DNA of 64,000 nt. Origin: Eledone cirrhosa (taxonomy: Eukaryota). Shown in pieces: positions 60,001 through 64,000 of this stretch. Within the stretch, counting starts at the first letter, position 1, and every line of letters starts with the position of its first letter. The DNA lies in NCBI GenBank assembly GCA_964016885.1, contig OZ024756.1, positions 1,488,001 to 1,552,000 of the forward strand, read 5' to 3'. A model generated the notes under the pieces. The model made no database searches. It was not told where the DNA came from and saw only the letters and a list, made by a program, of their open reading frames with translations. The position numbers and the translations under genes are program-made.

Positions 60001-63000
60001 TGATCTGGTCCTCTGTCTTGCTGTCTTCAGTACATTTATGAAGTGTGTAGTGTCAGTGATCTGGTCCTCTATCTTGCTGTCTTCAGTTCATCTATGAAGT
60101 GTGCAGTGTCAGTGATCTGGTCCTCCGTCTTGCTGTCTTCAGTTCATCTATGAAGTGTGCAGTGTCAGTGATCTGGTCCTCCGTCTTGCTGTCTTCAGTA
60201 CATCTATGAAGTGTGCAGTGTCAGGGATCTGGTCCTCTGTCTTGCTGTCTTCAGTACATCTATGAAGTGTGCAGTGTCAATGATCTGGTCCTCTGTCTTG
60301 CTGACTTCAGTACATCTATGAAGTGTGCAGTGTCAGTGATCTGGTCCTCCGTCTTGCTGTCTTCAGTTCATCTATGAAGTGTGCAGTGTCAGTGATCTGG
60401 TCCTCCGTCTTGTTGTCTTCAGTACATCTATGAAGTGTGCAGTGTCAGTGATCTGGTCCTCTGTCTTGCTGTCTTCAGTACATCTATGAAGTGTGCAGTG
60501 TCAGTGATCTGGTCCTCTGTCTTGCTGTCTTCAGTACATCTATGAAGTGTGCAGTGTCAGTGATCTGGTCCTCTGTCTTGCTGTCTTCAGTTCATCTATG
60601 AAGTGTGCAGTGTCAGTGATCTGGTCCTCTGTCTTGCTGTCTTCAGTTCATCTATGAAGTGTGCAGTGTCAGTGATCTGGTCCTCTGTCTTGCTCTCTTC
60701 AGTTCAACTATGAAGTGTGCAGTATCAATGATCTGGTCCTCTGTCTTGCTGTCTTCAGTACATCTATTAAGTGTGCAGTGTCAGTGATCTGGTCCTCTGT
60801 CTTGATGTCTTCAGTTCATCTATGAAGTGTGCAGTGTCAGTGATCTGGTCCTCTGTCTTGCTGTCTTCAGTTCATCTATGAAGTGTGCAGTGTCAGTGAT
60901 CTGGTCCTCTATCTTGCTGTCTTCAGTACATCTATGAAGTGTGCAGTGTCAGTGATCTGGTCCTCTATCTTGCCGTCTTCAGTTCATCTATGAATTGTGT
61001 AGTGTCAGTGATCTGGTCCTCTGTCTTGCTGTCTTCAGTTCATCTATGAAGTGTGCAGTGTCAGTGATCAGGTCCTCTGTCTTGCTGTCTTCAGTACATC
61101 TATGAAGTGTGCAGTGTCAGTGATCTAGTCCTCTGTCTTGCTGTCTTCAGTTCATCTATGAAGTGTGCAGTGTCAGTGATCTTGTCCGCTGTCTTGCCGT
61201 CTTCAGTACATCTAAGAAGTGTGCAGTGTCAGTGATCTCGTCCTCTGTCTTGCTGTCTTCAGTACATCAATGAAGTGTGCAGTGTCAGTGATCTCGTCCT
61301 CTGTCTTGCTGTCTTCAGTACATCTATGAAGTGTGCAGTGTCAGTGATCTCGTCCTCTGTCTTGCTGTCTTCAGTACATCTATGAGGTGTGCAGTGTCAG
61401 TGATCTGGTCCTCTGTCTTGCTGTCTTCAGTACATCTATGAAGTGTGCAGTGTCAGTGATCTGGTCCTCTGTCTTGCTGTCTTCAGTACATCTATGAAGT
61501 GTGCAGTGTCAGTGATCTGGTCCTCTGTCTTGCTGTCTTCAGTACATCTATGAAGTGTGCAGTGTCAATGATCTGGTCCTCTGTCTTGCTGACTTCAGTA
61601 CATATATGAAGTGTGCAGTGTCAGTGATCTGGTCCTCCGTCTTGCTGTCTTCAGTTCATCTATGAAGTGTGCAGTGTCAGTGATCTGGTCCTCCGTCTTG
61701 CTGTCTTCAGTACATCTATGAAGTGTGCAGTGTCAGTGATCTGGTCCTCTGTCTTGCTGTCTTCAGTACATCTATGAAGTGTGCAGTGTCAGTGATCTGG
61801 TCCTCCGTCTTGCTGTCTTCATTTCATCTATGAAGTGTGCAGTGTCAGTGATCTGGTCCTCCGTCTTGCTGTCTTCAGTTCATCTATGAAGTGTGCAGTG
61901 TCAGTGATCTGGTCCTCTGTCTTGCTGTCTTCAGTACATCTATGAAGTGTGCAGTGTCAGTGATCTGGTCCTCCGTCTTGCTTTCTTCAGTTCATCTATG
62001 AAGTGTGCAGTGTCAGTGATCTGGTCCTCTGTCTTGCTGTCTTCAGTACATCTGTGAAGTGTGCAGTGTCAGTGATCTGGTCCTCCGTCTTGCTGTCTTC
62101 AGTTCATCTATGAAGTGTGCAGTGTCAGTGATCTGGTCCTCTGTCTTGCTGTCTTCAGTACATCTGTGAAGTGTGCAGTGTCAGTGATCTGGTCCTCTGT
62201 CTTGCTGTCTTCAGTACATCTATGAAGTGTGCAGTGCAGTGATCTGGTCCTCTGTCTTGCTGTCTTCAGTTCATCTATGAAGTGTGCAGTGTCAGTGATC
62301 TGGTCCTCTGTCTTGCTGTCTTCAGTTCATCTATGAAGTGTGCAGGGTCAGTGATCTGGTCCTCTGTCTTGCTGTCTTCAGTTCAACTATGAAGTGTGCA
62401 GTGTCAATGATCTGGTCCTCTGTCTTGCTGTCTTCAGTACATCTATTAAGTGTGCAGTGTCAGTGATCTGGTCCTCTGTCTTGCTGTCTTCAGTTCATCT
62501 ATGAAGTGTGCAGTGTCACTGATCTGGTCCTCTGTCTTGCTGTCTTCGGTTCATCTATGAAGTGTGCAGTGTCAGTGATCTGGTCCTCTATCTTGCCGTC
62601 TTCAGTTCATCTATGAATTGTGTAGTGTCAGTGATCTGGTCCTCTGTCTTGCTGTCTTCAGTTCATCTATGAAGTGTGCAGTGTCAGTGATCAGGTCCTC
62701 TGTCTTGCTGTCTTCAGTACATCTATGAAGTGTGCAGTGTCAGTGATCTAGTCCTCTGTCTTGCTCTCTTCAGTTCATCTATGAAGTGTGCAGTGTCAGT
62801 GATCTTGTCCGCTGTCTTGCCGTCTTCAGTACATCTATGAAGTGTGCAGTGTCAGTGATCTCGTCCTCTGTCTTGCTGTCTTCAGTACATCAATGAAGTG
62901 TGCAGTGTCAGTGATCTCGTCCTCTGTCTTGCTGTCTTCAGTACATCTATGAAGTGTGCAGTGTCAGTGATCTCGTCCTCTGTCTTGCTGTCTTCAGTAC

Positions 63001-64000
63001 ATCTATGAGGTGTGCAGTGTCAGTGATCTGGTCCTCTGTCTTGCTGTCTTCAGTACATCTATGAAGTGTGCAGTGTCAGTGATCTGGTCCTCCGTCTTGC
63101 TGTCTTCAGTTCATCTATGAAGTATGCAGTGTCAGTGATCTGGTCCTCCGTCTTGCTGTCTTCAGTACATCTATGAAGTGTGCAGTGTCAGTGATCTGGT
63201 CCTCTGTCTTGCTGTCTTCAGTACATCTATGAAGTGTGCAGTGTCAGTGATCTGGTCCTCCGTCTTGCTGTCTTCATTTCATCTATGAAGTGTGCAGTGT
63301 CAGTGATCTGATCCTCCGTCTTGCTGTCTTCAGTTCATCTATGAAGTGTGCAGTGGCAGTGATCTGGTCCTCTGTCTTGCTGTCTTCAGTACATCTATGA
63401 AGTGTGCAGTGTCAGTGATCTAGTCCTCCGTCTTGCTGTCTTCAGTTCATCTATGAAGTGTGCAGTGTCAGTGATCTGGTCCTCTGTCTTGCTGTCTTCA
63501 GTACATCTGTGAAGTGTGCAGTGTCAGTGATCTGGTCCTCTGTCTTGCTGTCTTCAGTACATCTATGAAGTGTGCAGTGTCAATGATCTGGTCCTCTGTC
63601 TTGCTGACTTCAGTACATCTATGAAGTGTGCAGTGTCAGTGATCTGGTCCTCCGTCTTGCTGTCTTCAGTTCATCTATGAAGTGTGCAGTGTCAGTGATC
63701 TGGTCCTCCGTCTTGCTGTCTTCAGTACATCTATGAAGTGTGCAGTGCCAGTGATCTGGTCCTCTGTCTTGCTGTCTTCAGTACATCTATGAAGTGTGCA
63801 GTGTCAGTGATCTGGTCCTCCGTCTTGCTGTCTTCATTTCATCTATGAAGTGTGCAGTGTCAGTGATCTGGTCCTCCGTCTTGCTGTCTTCAGTTCATCT
63901 ATGAAGTGTGCAGTGGCAGTGATCTGGTCCTCTGTCTTGCTGTCTTCAGTACATCTATGAAGTGTGCAGTGTCAGTGATCTGGTCCTCCGTTTTGCTGTC
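57000..64000. repeat. Array domain D: more heterogeneous, mixed-variant segment
   Basis: Contains no 57-bp monomers. It mixes B-type (TTAATC+AGAGATC at 57120 and 57400), C-type (CTCCGT, CTGACT) and A-like (GATCTAG, TTGCCGT, GATCTCG) variants with many private substitutions and single-base deletions at about 58642 and 62237. Confidence 0.7.
60600..63500. repeat. Duplication with a 1,623-bp (29 monomers minus 1 bp) offset
   Basis: TGAATTGTGT occurs at 60991 and 62614. Both copies are followed by GATCAGG, GATCTAG, CTTGTCCGCT, CATCAAT, three GATCTCG monomers and TGAGGTG. Ends are approximate. Confidence 0.85.

Larger units (their letters stand above)
1..64000. repeat. Tandem satellite array of a 56-bp monomer, about 1,143 copies, single orientation, extending beyond both window edges
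   Basis: The same 56-mer recurs throughout. Lines at 1, 841, 1681 ... 21841 (840 = 15 x 56) all start TGAAGTGTGC. A monomer start at 63902 equals 1 + 1141 x 56 + 5, matching the net +5 of the observed indels. Consensus composition is T21 G14 C12 A9 (46% GC) with no CpG. Most monomers differ from consensus at 0-2 positions. Confidence 0.99.

Noticed and set aside
1-64000. CRISPR array
   Set aside because: There are no unique spacers, since the entire 56 bp is repeated. No leader or cas genes are present.
1-64000. Minus-strand repetitive protein (…HRCTEDSKTEDQITDTAHFIDVLKTARQRTRSLTLHTS*)
   Set aside because: Stops recur within every 168-bp cycle, and the ORF track lists no minus-strand ORF.
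1-64000. The A/T and G/T variant strings as an information-bearing code or synthetic construct
   Set aside because: The patterns are explained by nested duplication with accumulating private mutations, as expected for natural satellite turnover. No reading mechanism is evident.
1-64000. Telomeric repeats, CENP-B box, embedded transposon or strand inversion
   Set aside because: None was seen. The 56-bp phase is fully accounted for end to end, which leaves no room for an insertion whose length is not a multiple of 56, and I saw no foreign sequence on reading.

Overview
The whole 64-kb window is one uninterrupted head-to-tail tandem array (satellite DNA) of a 56-bp monomer, consensus TGAAGTGTGCAGTGTCAGTGATCTGGTCCTCTGTCTTGCTGTCTTCAGT(A/T)CATCTA. 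Counting from position 1 gives 1,142 complete monomers plus a 43-bp partial one. The 15 indels I found (two 2-bp deletions, eleven 1-bp insertions, two 1-bp deletions; net +5) exactly account for the phase at the end of the window. The array runs off both ends. I saw no unique sequence, inversion, transposon, RNA gene, CRISPR spacer or credible coding gene, and the listed ORFs are chance read-throughs of the repeat. The information lies in the variant pattern. There are four domains with different diagnostic variants (about 1-20.8 kb, 20.8-30.2 kb, 30.2-57 kb, 57-64 kb). Block duplications are nested at every scale from 3 and 5 monomers, through 29-87 monomers, to about 13-16 kb. This looks like a young, actively expanding eukaryotic satellite or macro-VNTR. 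I cannot name the family or organism and found no supportable new gene system. The functional ideas (nucleosome-length trimer, splice-acceptor-like motif, quasi-palindrome switch) are speculative and scored as such.
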